Shown: piece by piece, positions 46,928 to 59,637 of the stretch
Layout of the letters: each line of letters starts with the position of its first letter
How positions within the stretch are numbered: position 1 is the first letter of the stretch
Assembly (NCBI RefSeq): GCF_009914755.1
Contig: NC_060929.1
Direction: 5' to 3' (one strand)
DNA: 64,000 nucleotides
Source of the DNA: the human T2T-CHM13v2.0 reference genome, Homo sapiens
Program-made: the position numbers and the translations under genes
The notes under the pieces: model-generated
Database searches by the model: none
The model's input: the letters and a program-made list of their open reading frames with translations, nothing else
What the model was told of the DNA's origin: nothing

Positions 46928-47288
46928 GCGCGCGCTCGCGTGTGAGATTTGTTTTAAAGACTTGGCTCACAAAATTGTGGGAGCTGGCAAGTCCAAAATC
47001 TTTAGAACAGTCTGGCAATCTGGGAACTAAGAAAGGAGTTGATACATAGTCTTGAGGCTGAACTTCTATTTCTCTGAGAAACCTCAGTTTTTGCTCTTAA
47101 GGCCTTTCAGCTGATTGAATGAGCCCCACTCACATTAGTAAAAGGTAACTCCTTTAGTTAAAGTCAACTGTTTGAAGGTGTTAACCACATCTTCAAATTA
47201 CCTTCACAATAAAACTGAGATTAGTGCTTGATTATGTAACTGTGTACCACGTGCTAGTCAAGTTGACACATTAAAAACTAACCCCCAA
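46839..47288 (-). mobile_element. MLT2-family ERVL solo LTR
   Basis: ttagggttctccagagagaaacagaacc to agtcaagttgacacattaaa. Confidence 0.85.
46877..46944. repeat. Compound (TG)9(CG)8(TG)8(CG)4 microsatellite
   Basis: Read directly. Confidence 0.95.
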
Positions 47289-47339
47289 CCTATGGAAGCA
47301 ACAGATGAACTTCTCAAATAGAGAAAGCAATGAGTAAAT

Positions 47340-47570
47340 ATCAAGGTGGTTAAAAGCTTGGGCTTTGGAACAAAAAGGGGCCTGAGCTCAAATTTTAGTT
47401 TTACTATTTTGTGAGTGTGGCTTGCTTTTGTAAACCCAGCTTCAGCATCTATAAAGTGGTAATAATATTTTCTATCTCGGATTAATTGTGAGTATGAAAT
47501 GAAATGATACGTAAAGGAATTGTCACATGCCTAGCATGCATTAAAGTGTTCAAGTGATATTAGCTACAAA
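47340..47570 (+). mobile_element. MIR SINE
   Basis: gtggttaaaagcttgggctttgg...catctataaagtgg...gtgagtatgaaatga. Confidence 0.7.
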
Positions 47571-47977
47571 ATGGATTATTTTTATGATAGGAAATTTATG
47601 AAGATAACTATATGCTGATGAATAAAAGTTTATGTTTTGAGAGAAGTTGAAGCTAGCGAGATAATGATTGAGTAAATGTCAGTGGTGGAGTGGGGGTGGT
47701 GAAGGGAAGAAAGTGAGACTTGCAACACAACTCAGAGGATTAATCCTGAACAAAAAGATGGGAGAAAAGTTGAATATGGTCATATGTGCTGGCCTGAATT
47801 GTCTCAGTGAAAAATGGTGAAAGGTTATTTGCTGAGAGACTTTGATGGCTTCAAAAGTGGTTATGATTCTCTGAGGAATGAAAGAGTTTAAGAAAGATAT
47901 TATTATACTTATTATAATAATATCGTATAATACATAGGACTTGTCCCATACATAGTCCCAAGATTTAAGAAAGATAT

Positions 47978-48060
47978 TATGATACTTTAAGTTCTAGGGT
48001 ACATGTGCAGAACATGCAATTTTGTTACATAGGTATACACGTGCCATGGTGGTTTGCTGC
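47978..48060 (-). mobile_element. Very short L1PA 3'-end fragment without poly(A)
   Basis: atactttaagttctagggtacatgtgcagaac...gtgccatggtggtttgctgc. Confidence 0.85.
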
Positions 48061-48672
48061 TGACGTGTAAAATAACACTTAGGGTCAGTTAAGATTTGTG
48101 TGGTTAGGTAATTGTAAATATCTTTAGGGCAGGGCACATATTTTTCCTGTTTGTGATTTGGCAAACTATAAGTAATTGGTAAACATTTCCTTGATTGTAA
48201 TACTCTTTTCTCTACCTGCCAAGCAGCTGGGTTATAAAAATAGAATGTCAAATGGAGTAATTGATCCAACTGTGAGACTTTGATGTGTGCAGTTGAATGA
48301 TATAAGGACCAGAATAACAAATATACTAGTGTTTATCTTTAAGGAAATATAGTGTAGGTTCAAAAAAGAAATACCTACAGGAGCAAAAATGGACAGATAA
48401 AAGGGCATTCTGGGAGTAAGTGTGTTGGAGACCAGAAAGGATGGGAGGTAGTTGTTGGAAACTGGAGTTGGAACAGAAGACTTGAAAAGAAAGTGAAGAA
48501 AATCAGTAGGTAACACTATGGTAAAAGTGGGATTGAGGGGAAGGAAGGATGCTAGTGTTCAGAAAATCACTAAACTTAGGCACAAGTCCAGCCAGAATGA
48601 AGAGCAGTAGAGGACTTGGGAGAAGCCTTCCCCAGTGATGGCAGGAAGAGCAACAAAGTCTGCATGGGATCT

Positions 48673-48691
48673 TGACTGCTAGATGGCGCAG
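48673..48691 (+). promoter_or_regulatory. Candidate CTCF motif
   Basis: TGACTGCTAGATGGCGCAG with core CTGCTAGATGGCGC; binding not demonstrated. Confidence 0.45.
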
Positions 48692-49540
48692 AACCCTTTA
48701 GCATCAGGATGAAGGACATTGGCTTAACCTCAGTCTTCTATTCCTAAGTGCTGTGGTTTTCCAGAAAAAAACATAAGATTTATTACCTAAAGCTAATTCT
48801 GGATAAAACCAGTGGGAGTACATAAGCTGAGAACACCTGGAAATTCTATCTTCTTCCAAAGTCCAGTTGGCTGACAAGTGTTCCCTCAATTTACCAATGA
48901 ACTTCAATTTATGAAGCCAACCCCAAAACTCTTCCCTGCAATATGGCAAATCCTTTGTATCAGAAGTTTTCATATAATGTTAAATCTCGAAGAGAAAGAC
49001 TAGTGAGCTTGTTTCCAGTCTAATATGAATGACAATAAGTGGCTGAGAGTAATAGAAATCCAGTGAAGCAAAAGAGGGGGTTTCCAATAGAGAAGAGGAA
49101 TAAAATATGTGGTGCCATACTGGGAAGCTGGGAAGATACAGTATCTACTCTAGGCAAGACGGATGATCCTCAGCAAAAGTCAGGCTTTAGATAAACAAGG
49201 AGGTGCTGGGGGTAATCTGAGAGGAGGGTAGGAATCAAGAAAATATTGTTTTTAAATTAAATCTGAGCTCAGAAAATATCACGGAAAGAAAGAGAAGCAG
49301 TGGAATAATAAGGGAAGGAAATTGAGGAGAATAGGTATGAGGGCACTGTGTCATTAATGGTCTTATAATTTCCATAATATTGTAGAGCAATGTAACTTTA
49401 TACTAAATGCTATTAATGAGAAGACTGTGTCAGGATTAGTAATCTACACAGACAATACAAAAAATCTGCCTTACGTACTTGTATGTAGAAGCTTCCTTGA
49501 TTAACAGATATACTTCTTACATGGATGAATGTTAATGGAG

Positions 49541-49544
<4 letters not shown>

Positions 49545-49590
<46 letters not shown>
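49545..49590. repeat. (TA)23 microsatellite
   Basis: Read directly, uninterrupted. Confidence 0.97.
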
Positions 49591-49595
<5 letters not shown>

Positions 49596-51154
49596 CCCAT
49601 GATATTATTCTTTTCATACCTTTAAATCACAACTGTATAATGCTTGAATACATCTGGACTATTATAGAATTAATTTCCATTTGTTAAGTAGTACCCTGCT
49701 GACCTGAAAGAGAATCAAGGCAGTCTGCAAAAGTATTTAACTTACAACCAGCAGGTAGTTAGAAGAATTTGCTGGCACATGTTCTTAACAAAATATTTAA
49801 TAGAAGAAACAGAAAAAGGAAAACTATGTCATTTTCCAAAACATGGCAACCAATGAAAATCAACACATATATCAGTTTGCTCACTTTATTGGTAATAAAT
49901 ATCATTTTTAAAATATGTTGCTTATAGAAAAGATGCATATTCCTTAATCGATAGGTCATTTTCACCACTTGTAATTCTCTGCCTTTCTATTACCTCCATT
50001 TAATCATTTTATTTATTTATTTATTTTGCATATGTGTGATTCACCTCATCAAAGCAACTATAAGCTTGTTTAAAATCTAAGAGAATTCCTGGGGTTAAAC
50101 TCATGTAACTGTGGATGGAGATAAGACTGGAAAATTTGTGGAGCAAGGGGCATAATTAATATCATGCTGTATAAACATGGTGCATCTGATTTGGTATTCT
50201 GTCTGTGCAAGGAACTCTCATAGCTGATTTGTAGAAAGCCAGATAGGATATATATGACATAAAGCAATTAAGACTATCACTGAAGTCTTCTTACCTTCTG
50301 CCAATAGCTCTCATTCTATCCATGTACATTTTCCTCATTATTTCTTAGTTATAAAGAGTTGTATATATGTGCCTGTTTAAGATGAGGTTTTACTTCATTT
50401 TATTTTCCACCTGAGTTTTTTCAGCCTATACAAATGTCTCCTGCATCTCCTTTCATAATGTTATAGTTTGCAGTGATATCCTATCTCCGTATCTACCTTG
50501 TCCTAATGTGCTGAGCCTATCCTTTTATGGATGGCCCTCATTTGTTGATCATATTCCTTGCTTTTTTTTGGGCGATGTTCAGTTATTTAAAGTACCAATG
50601 CATCAGGGGAGGACAACCTTTTGTCTTTAGTTTCTGTCATCCTTCCAGATGCTGCCCAGGAGTCAGCGTTCCCTTTTTACTCACACAGCCTTATGTCTCT
50701 GGGAGCAGCCTATTTCATCCTCATTGTTTCCTGGACAGTAACTGATTACTTGGTTACCACTGGGTTAGAATGAAGTTTGGTTTCTATTCCCCTAAATATG
50801 TATGCGGACACTTGTCTACCTTGATCTTATTTTCTGCTGTCTTGTAGCTTACAGAGCCTTCTAAGGAATGAATGCAGTAAAGAGAATCCCCATCAGCTTG
50901 ATTTTTCTCAAAATTTTTAAAAAGTGAATTATGTTGAATAAAAGCCTGTGGTAAAGACAATGTTACAGAATGAAATCTCTGCTTTTCTTCTCCCATTTAG
51001 GGGAAGAAAGGCGGTTCTGTAAGAGTTAGCCCACGATGATTCTCTATGTGTATAATTTTATCATTGCTCAAACCTGTTCATCAGTAAAAGAAAAATATAT
51101 ATTAAAGAAGAATCTTTCAATAATTATAAGACCTTTCTCCACAGTACTTCATTA

Positions 51155-51385
51155 CAGTGCATCATGGGAATGCAGGGTATTGTATAAGCGTTGACTCAAG
51201 AGTCAATGGCCCAGCTCCAAATCCTGACCAAATCCTCCTGTGTCTTTTGTGGGGAACAAACTTAACTTCTCTGTACCTGTATTTTCCCATTTTTAAGAGG
51301 AGAAATAGTAGATATGTCCAGCAGCATTGTGAAGCTAAAATGAATTGAAAATTATGCTTGCCTCATAGTTAGTGTTCAATGTAAG
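51155..51385 (+). mobile_element. MIR SINE
   Basis: ctccaaatcctgac...cttaacttctctgtacctgtattttcccatt. Confidence 0.7.
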
Positions 51386-54039
51386 TATGACGCTTACTAG
51401 GTTGATGAAATAATGCAGAGTACTTCTATAAAAGAAACGTGTTTATAAATACTACACACAGTTTTCATGTCCTGGTTGGTTATCTTATTTTCTTCTTAAA
51501 GTCAAAAACATTTGCAAGTTTGAAATTCCAAGAGGTTTTCAGAGTATTTTTATGGATAAGGGTATAATGAAATAAAAGTAACATAGGCCACCTTGAAATG
51601 GGATAAAAATTATGTAGTGATGGTTATGAAAAATGAGTGCCCAGAATGAATTCTTTATTAACAAAGATTTTCCTAAAATAATGCAATGTAAAAACTTAGT
51701 TTTGATTTTGGAGTTATGCATGTTATAATATATAACAAATAAGTGATTAAAACACCATGTAACTCTAAATGTAATAACTTTTATTTAACTGATGATACAA
51801 GAGATATGGGAAAAATATTTTCCCACAGGGAGGAACTGAGATCTTAAGCAATTGGCATAAAGAATAAGGCAACTATTGAGTTAACATCAGCCTCAGAATA
51901 GTTTTAAACAAATTATTAGGCAAAAAATGGCACCATGGGTTTAAACATTTTACTAAATATCAGAGTAGACATTAATTTCTGTTTTGTTCCTTTATATCAA
52001 TAAATTAAAAGGCTATTGTTGTCTTAAAGAAGTTAAGACACAATTTTAGTGGGTTATGTAGACTTTATGCACTTTTCTTAATAAACTGAAAATATACGAA
52101 ACGCACACACACATATATAAAAATATTTCAAAATATTAGCCTCTTCTCCTGAGGTACTGCAAGGACACCTACAGGTGGCAAAGACAAGAGCAATAAGCCA
52201 TTTAATTTGAGATGATTTTGACAACTTGCTGACATTGAGTTATTTTTTTGCTTAAGTTATGAAATCATATTTGTTATGTCAAATACAAACATGGAAGAAA
52301 ATTTATGGATATGGAATTGTAATGATGAATAAGCATCTTCATTTTTAATTGCAACAGTGGAAGGAGATATCTGGAAAATTTAGAGTCTACATATTTTCCT
52401 TGCCTATCTAGTAAGCAGCTTTTTACCTAGGTACATAAATTTTCCTCAATGAGAAAGCAAATGCATTTGTGTGGTCTTGCAAACCCATTAGAATTTATAT
52501 TAATACTCTTACCATAAAATAAGATTTTGGTGGGGAGGAAATTTGCAGAAGAATGTTAGAGAAATAGAAGAATGTGCTGGAAGGGAGATTGAAAATGAAT
52601 ATCATTTCTTGATAAAGAAATAGACCAAAATGTGTAACATGGTTTTGAGGTAGAAGAAATTCTACATACAGTAAGCAGCTTACAGATATTGGCACATTAT
52701 TTAAACAAAAAGAGTGCTTGCTAAAACACTACCATGCAATAGATTCATACATTTCAGTTTCAATTAGCAGCCTCATTTATTACCCACCAAGATGTGAAAC
52801 CGCAAGGTGAGGTTAAAGTGTCACCGAGGGTGTCTTCATCACTTCAATATCATTGCCTTAAAAGGCACTGACCAGAAGAAGCAGATGACCTCATTTCAAA
52901 ATTATTACAGTACAGAGAACTCAGTTTCAACATTATAATTCATTTTATCATGGAATATTTCAAATTTATTATCAGTTTCCTAACACATAATGGTTAATCG
53001 TTAAGGATAGCCACTTTAACATAATATGAATACGCATTTCTCCATAGGTAATACAACAGTTCCTGCATTAGCATTATTGACTAAGGTACATTTAACTTCT
53101 TCACTAATACTTAATGGAAGGTTAATGTATAAGTCAGGAGATTAAATGGCTTTTACTTAAAACAAGTATATTGATTAAAATAACTTAGTGAGATTTTTAA
53201 GGTTGATGATATAAAAACAGTCACACATTTTAATATTTTATTTAATATTAAGAGCAAATTGTAGGGTGCAACAGATCAAGATTAGTGGAAGTTATTGCAC
53301 TAATTGCTTGTGGAACTAATTCTTGCTCACTGTTAACAAATGGATATTGTATACTGAAAGGCAACAAATCATCCTGGTTATTTCTAGTGTTCAAGGAGTT
53401 TCTCTGTTTAAGAATTTCTATTGTTTCTTGCAATGTCCTTCAGGAATGTCTTCCTTGTATCTTACACCTGGCACCATTAAAAGATAAAATAACCTTCCCA
53501 AAACAGAGCTACTATTCAATGTCATTGATATGTAGCTCCATTTCCTTTTTTCATGCTATTGTTATTTAAATCTGTGTTAAACCTAATACATGGAATACTT
53601 GCAGTGAATTAACCAATGTTACTTTACCATTTCCTTTCTTTCCTCAAAATCCAATATTCCACCAAGTATAGTATACTGACAAATCGGCCTTGTAATAGTA
53701 TGACATATGATGCCCCAGATCATTTGTTTCTCTGATTCTGTTTCTGTCTAGACATACTCAGACACCTCATCTATTCATCTCTTTTGTTTAGGTAGCACAA
53801 AGTTACACCTGCAGGGTCTTGCTCAGTTTTAACCTGAGCTTTGTATCAAAGGAATTTGATTGTAAGAAATAGTGACCAGGGCCTGTGTAAATATTGTGCC
53901 AGTGTAACTGCAGAGTGAATAACTTATAGCAGGTTTGCAGTTTATTCTAGAACTGAAAGCAGAGTGGTAAATTAGGCAATAAAAATTTACAATGCGAAAT
54001 ATATAGCATAATATGGATGCAATCTATGCTAATAAAAAT

Positions 54040-54520
54040 GCTAACACTTACCTAGTACTTACCAGAGCCAGGGAATAATTCTAAGTGCTTTGAGTGTAAT
54101 AGTCATTTGCAACTCAACACAATCTCATACATGGATAATTCTCACTATTTCTAACTTACAAATGGGAAACCAAGGCATAGGAATGTTAAGATACTGAGGC
54201 TTAGAACTATTCCATAAATTGCCCATGGCCATGCAGCTAATAAGAGACTTAACCAGGAGTCTAACCTAGGCAGTGTGTTCTTCAGGCCAGACTCTTACTA
54301 ACTATACCATACTAAGTCCCAAGATTTGAAAACAGAAAGACTTCAGTTGAAACTACAAGACTGCTGTTCATCGTTTCAAGTCTGATATCGTTATCTAGTA
54401 AATAGATAATGGTAACATCTCTAATACAAGGTTGTTGTGAGAAGAAAGGAAAGCAATCTATATAACCCGGCTAGCATGCTACCTATCACATAATAAGGTC
54501 TCAGTAAATTAGAACTGTTA
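54040..54520. mobile_element. Two adjacent MIRs in opposite orientation (~54040-54310 minus, ~54315-54520 plus)
   Basis: ttacaaatgggaaaccaaggc / ttgcccatggccatgcagctaataag, then ggttgttgtgagaag...aaggtctcagtaaat. Confidence 0.6.
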
Positions 54521-55892
54521 CTACTATAATTACTATAATTATTTTAATTGCATACATTCTTTTATTCATCCAACAGACTTTTATTTAGTTAATGCTAACC
54601 ATATGTTTGTGCTAAGTGTTGGTAAATAGGAGCCCTTGAGCTCATAGTTTTGTAAGGGGCAACAGACATGCAAACAATTAATTCTAGTTACATGATAAGT
54701 ACAGTGATAGATGTATTCAGGCACAGGAGAGCAAGTAAAACATCTGGTAGCATCAAGGAAGGCCTCACCGATATGATATGTGGCATACTTATATGGTTTA
54801 CCATCCTGTACGTTTTCTCAGGTTGAATAATGAATAAACCAGCTACAGACATTGCAGATTTATTCAGTTCACTGACAGATTAGAAAAATCTTAAAATAAA
54901 AGGAAAAAAATTCAAGTTTTGTGCTATCAAACAGATGAATTTGATAAATATATTTTACTAAAGATTCTAGTAAGCTGAATTTACAACACTCTTTCTTAAA
55001 ACATGAGAATCTGTGAAATATATGAACAATAGCCTTTCTCTCATAATGTTATTCTTGTGGTCATGATATAAATTATATTCTGCCTGGTGAAGCATTTTCT
55101 TACTTTAAACGAAAATTACTGTAGCTAAATTAGTGTGAAATTTTAAAAATTACAGACAGGAATACCATTTTATCAGAAAATTGTATAAGATGGAATTTTT
55201 AAGATTTACACATACATAAAGTATGTCCAAGGTAATGTTGAAATATGATTAAATCTTTATCAAATTGTTTTAACATTTTTGCTTTCTTCAAGTATGAGGG
55301 GAAGAAAGTGATTTGATTTTTAATGTGTTCTAATAAACAGGACCAGGGTTCTGTGTTAACCAAGGGTGATTGTTCCTGAGAGAGTAGAGAATATTCCCCT
55401 AAGAGCTTTGTTAATAAAACATGGTTTTAAACGAGCGTTTTAGAAAAAAAATTGCTTTCATTATTCAAAGTGAATTTCAATGCATCCATTAAGCATTCTG
55501 AATTGGAAAACATTTTAAAATATGGTTCCAAATTTATTCTCCTCTTTTTTCCTCTTTGGTCTACATTTGAAATATTAGAGAGGGAGATGAAATAACACTT
55601 TTAGGGGTTTACCTATCTCACTCACATGCTTTCTTTTATTTGTCACACTGAGACTTAGTTTACTGGGAGTAGGAATCTTGGCTCTACTGAGATTTCAATA
55701 TCTAACTCTATGAGTAGCTGCTAAGTGTCTCAAGTAACTACCTCCTAAAACTCATACCGGCAATATAACAGCACATTTAAGTTGGAATATTTCTTATTCA
55801 TAATCTAAATGCCACATCGGTTCTCATTTTTCTAATTGCCAGTATCTCATTCTCATCCTCCTCAGTCTTTTCCATATCTTCTTTTCAATACT

Positions 55893-56327
55893 TATGGGCT
55901 GTATTGTGTCCTGACCCTGCCAAATTTTATATACTGAAGTATTTCAGTATATACCACATCCTCAGTACGTCAGAGTGTGACTGTATTTGAAGTCAGGCTG
56001 TTTACAGAGATAATTATGTTAAAATGAGGTCATGAAGGTGTGTTCTAATCCAATATAACTGGTGCCTATTGTGGGAAAAGAAAATTTGGACATAGACACG
56101 TACAGAGGAAGAAAATGTGAAGACATAGGAAGAACACAGCCATTTACAAGCCAAGGAGAGAGGGCTAGAATAGATCCTTCCCACGAGGTCTTCAGAAGAA
56201 ACCAACCCTGCCAGCCCTTTGATCTTGGATTTCCAGCCTCTAGAACTGTGAGAAAATATGTTGCTGTTTTTAAGCCTCCCAGTTTGTGGTATCTTGTTAT
56301 GACAGCCCTAGCAAACTCATATGCCAA
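55893..56327 (+). mobile_element. MLT1A/B-type MaLR solo LTR
   Basis: ttatgggctgtattgtgtc...ttccagcctctagaactgtgagaaaat...gacagccctagcaaac. Confidence 0.9.
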
Positions 56328-56513
56328 CTGATATTTTTGCGTTTTTGTTTATAAATACATATGTTCCTGAGACCTTCATAGTTCATCTACCATATTGTGT
56401 GCATTTGCAATGTGTCATTTAAAAGAACCCCAAATACAGATTCTGTATACAGAAACAACAATGACTAAAAAAATACATGTATATATGTGTTTTTATATAC
56501 AAATATACTGGTA

Positions 56514-56692
56514 TGGTTGCCAGATACAATATAAGATGACCAGATAAACATGAATAAATAGCAAATAACATTTTTAGTATAAGTATAACCCAAATATTCA
56601 TGAAACATTCTTGTACTAAAAAAAGTTATTCTTTATCCAGAATTCAAATTTAATTAGGAATCCTATATTTTATTTACTGAATCAGGCAACCA
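56514..56692. mobile_element. MER53 hAT MITE (palindromic)
   Basis: TIRs ggttgccagat / atcaggcaacc; internal tttttagtataagtat...ttgtactaaaaaa symmetry. Confidence 0.85.
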
Positions 56693-56763
56693 TATTTACT
56701 GTCACATTTTTAAATGATGAATTTATGAATTCTTTGTGATTTTTACTTATTAATATTTATGAT

Positions 56764-57100
56764 TGATGTAGATTGGCTGTGTCCCCACTGAAATCTCATC
56801 TTGAATTGTAACTCCCACAATTCCGACGTGTCGTGGGAAGAATCCAGTGGGAGGTGATTGAATTATGGGGGTGGGTCTTTCCTGTGCCATTCTCATGATA
56901 GCAAATTAGTCTCACAAGATCTGATGGTTTTAAAAAGGAGCGTTTCCCTGCACAAGCTCTCTCTTTGCCTGCCACCATTCACATAGGATGTAACTTGCTC
57001 CCCCTTGCCTTCTGCCATGATTGTGAGGCCTCCCCAGCCATGTGGAACTGTAAGTGCAATCAAACCTCTTCCTTTAGCAGCATGAAAACAGACTAATACA
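56764..57100 (+). mobile_element. THE1 (B/C-like) MaLR solo LTR
   Basis: ttggctgtgtcccc...ctgccatgattgtgaggcctccccagccatgtggaactgtaag...gactaataca. Confidence 0.92.
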
Positions 57101-57355
57101 ATGAACTTTCTCAATTAAGGGTATTTCTCTTTTTTCCATCATCTTTCTGTAATGAATGGATCTCAGACCCCATTATAGTACCTATGCTGTTTGTTATACC
57201 TTCCTCAAATTATAACCTCTACACTTAGAGACTCCAGTTTGCTATATATAATTTTTTTATAAAAACCACTTCATTTGAAAAAGTAAGTATTTTGACAAAT
57301 TAAACCATACAGAAGATATTGATAATGTAGTTTAATAATTAAAAAATACATTCCA

Positions 57356-57731
<376 letters not shown>

Positions 57732-57899
57732 TTATCAAAAGGTAAATGAGACCATACAGGTACTTTTATACTACAAAAAGTATAATTTGTATTAGTTTGC
57801 AATCGTAGACTTTATAATTCATTGCATTCTATAGGGATTTATCCAGCAGAATTAAAGAAGAAAAAAGAGATAAATACTTAAAGGAAAGACTGTATGTTT

Positions 57900-58610
57900 T
57901 ATTCTATCAAAAGATTGAAAAACAATAATGACATACTACTTCATAACCAATAGAGTGGCTGTAATTTTAAAAACTGAAAATACTATGTGTTGGCAGGATG
58001 TGGAACACCTAAAACTCTCATACGTTTCTATAGAAGTGTTGATTCAACCACTTTGGAAAATTGCTTGTTTATTTTATATAAATAAGCAGAAACCTTGTGA
58101 CCCAGCAATTCCACTGATATTTGATTTTAAAAATTAAAACATATGTTCACACATAGACTTGTTCATGAATGTTCCTAGTGCCTTCATTCATAATAGCCCA
58201 ATATTGGAATAAAACTCAAGTGTCCAGCAGAATTTATCAGCAAGTAGTGGTATATTTATACAATGGAGAGGAACAAAGTACTCATATATTCATTATGTGG
58301 GTGAATTTAAAAAATTGTGTACTGAGTGAAAGAACTAGATACAAAACAGTGCAATTTGTTGACGCTATAGGAAATTCTATAATGTGTAAAATCAATCTAT
58401 AGTAACAGATATCAGGAAGTGGTTACCTGGAGTAGGTAGAAAGGGGATAGGAGGCAAAAAAGCAGGAGGAAGCTTTCTGGAGTAATGGACATTTGGGGTG
58501 ATTGGAGTGATGGTGAAACGGGTGTACATATTCTCTACAATTTATCAAACAACACGCTTAAAATCTGTGCATTTTACTGCATGTAAATTATACTTCAATA
58601 TAAAAAGATT
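57900..58610 (+). mobile_element. L1ME-type 3' fragment
   Basis: tgttggcaggatgtggaaca, gacccagcaattccact, tgtgcattttactgcatgtaaattatacttcaata. Confidence 0.8.
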
Positions 58611-59419
58611 ATTGGGGTAAAACAAATCAAAATAAAAAGATTTAAAACATTTTAAGCTTGGCTTTGTGTATCTACATATCAAAACAACATGGTTTGGTTT
58701 TAAAAGACTCTTCTATGAAACATTTTAAATAATCAGATTATAATGCACACAGATGGGTCCTTTCTCTGCTGGCCTTTTCACTGGTCAAATCGATAGGGAT
58801 CACAGGCGAGGCTGAACTGAACGCCTTCTAAGAAGTGCTCTCCAAGTATTTTAATGCATTATAAAACTTGCCATACCTCTGTAAAAGGATCTTGAATCCA
58901 CAGAATGCTTTTTATGGAAAGTTTGCCTTCAGAATGAAAGGAATGTTTCTGGTTTATAGACACTCTCATTTAGTCACTCTTCCTGCTATTTGTTTTACCA
59001 GGTCAACATAATTCAATACTGTAAAGTAGGTATTATAGATTGTATCTTTCTTGTGATGTACATCAAGCATTGATGCAATTGCTCTCAAGTAGTATTTAAA
59101 CACTGAATATTCATGAGTCTATTCAGAGTTCTGCATAGAGCTGCTTAGGTAAAAGCTCTAGCCTCTAAGACTTTGTGATCTGAAACAAATTATAAATATT
59201 CAGAATCTCTTATAAATTAAGGTGTGAACATAACATTGAAATACTACCAAGACAATGTGGCTTAACGGAATAATTATGAACTTAATTCCTGGGGCTTCCT
59301 TGCCCATGCAAAGCAGGAAGTTGAAGCATTCTCTTTGCCTGTATTTTAGTTGCTTTTGGCAAAAACAGAAACTCTAATTTTTATATAAACTACTAAGATT
59401 TTCTGTATTATGCTTATAT

Positions 59420-59570
59420 TACAGCTAACATTTGTTGAGCACTTATTCTGCAGCAGGCATAGTTCTAAGCAGTTTACGCATACTTACTTATTGTCTACTA
59501 ACATCAAATCCTAATAAGGAGATTTTAATGTCTTCATTCTAAAGGTAGAGAAAATGAAGTACAGAGAAAA
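59420..59570 (-). mobile_element. MIR SINE
   Basis: agctaacatttgttgagcacttatt...gttctaagc. Confidence 0.6.
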
Positions 59571-59637
59571 AAAGGAATAAAGAGACTATTATCTTTGGAG
59601 GAATATTAAGTAAATCTAAAATATGATTTTAAGTGAA

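Noticed and set aside
52165-52182. Weaker CTCF-like matches (cctacaggtggcaa; also gcaacaggtggtag at ~17053)
   Set aside because: Mismatches at informative core positions.
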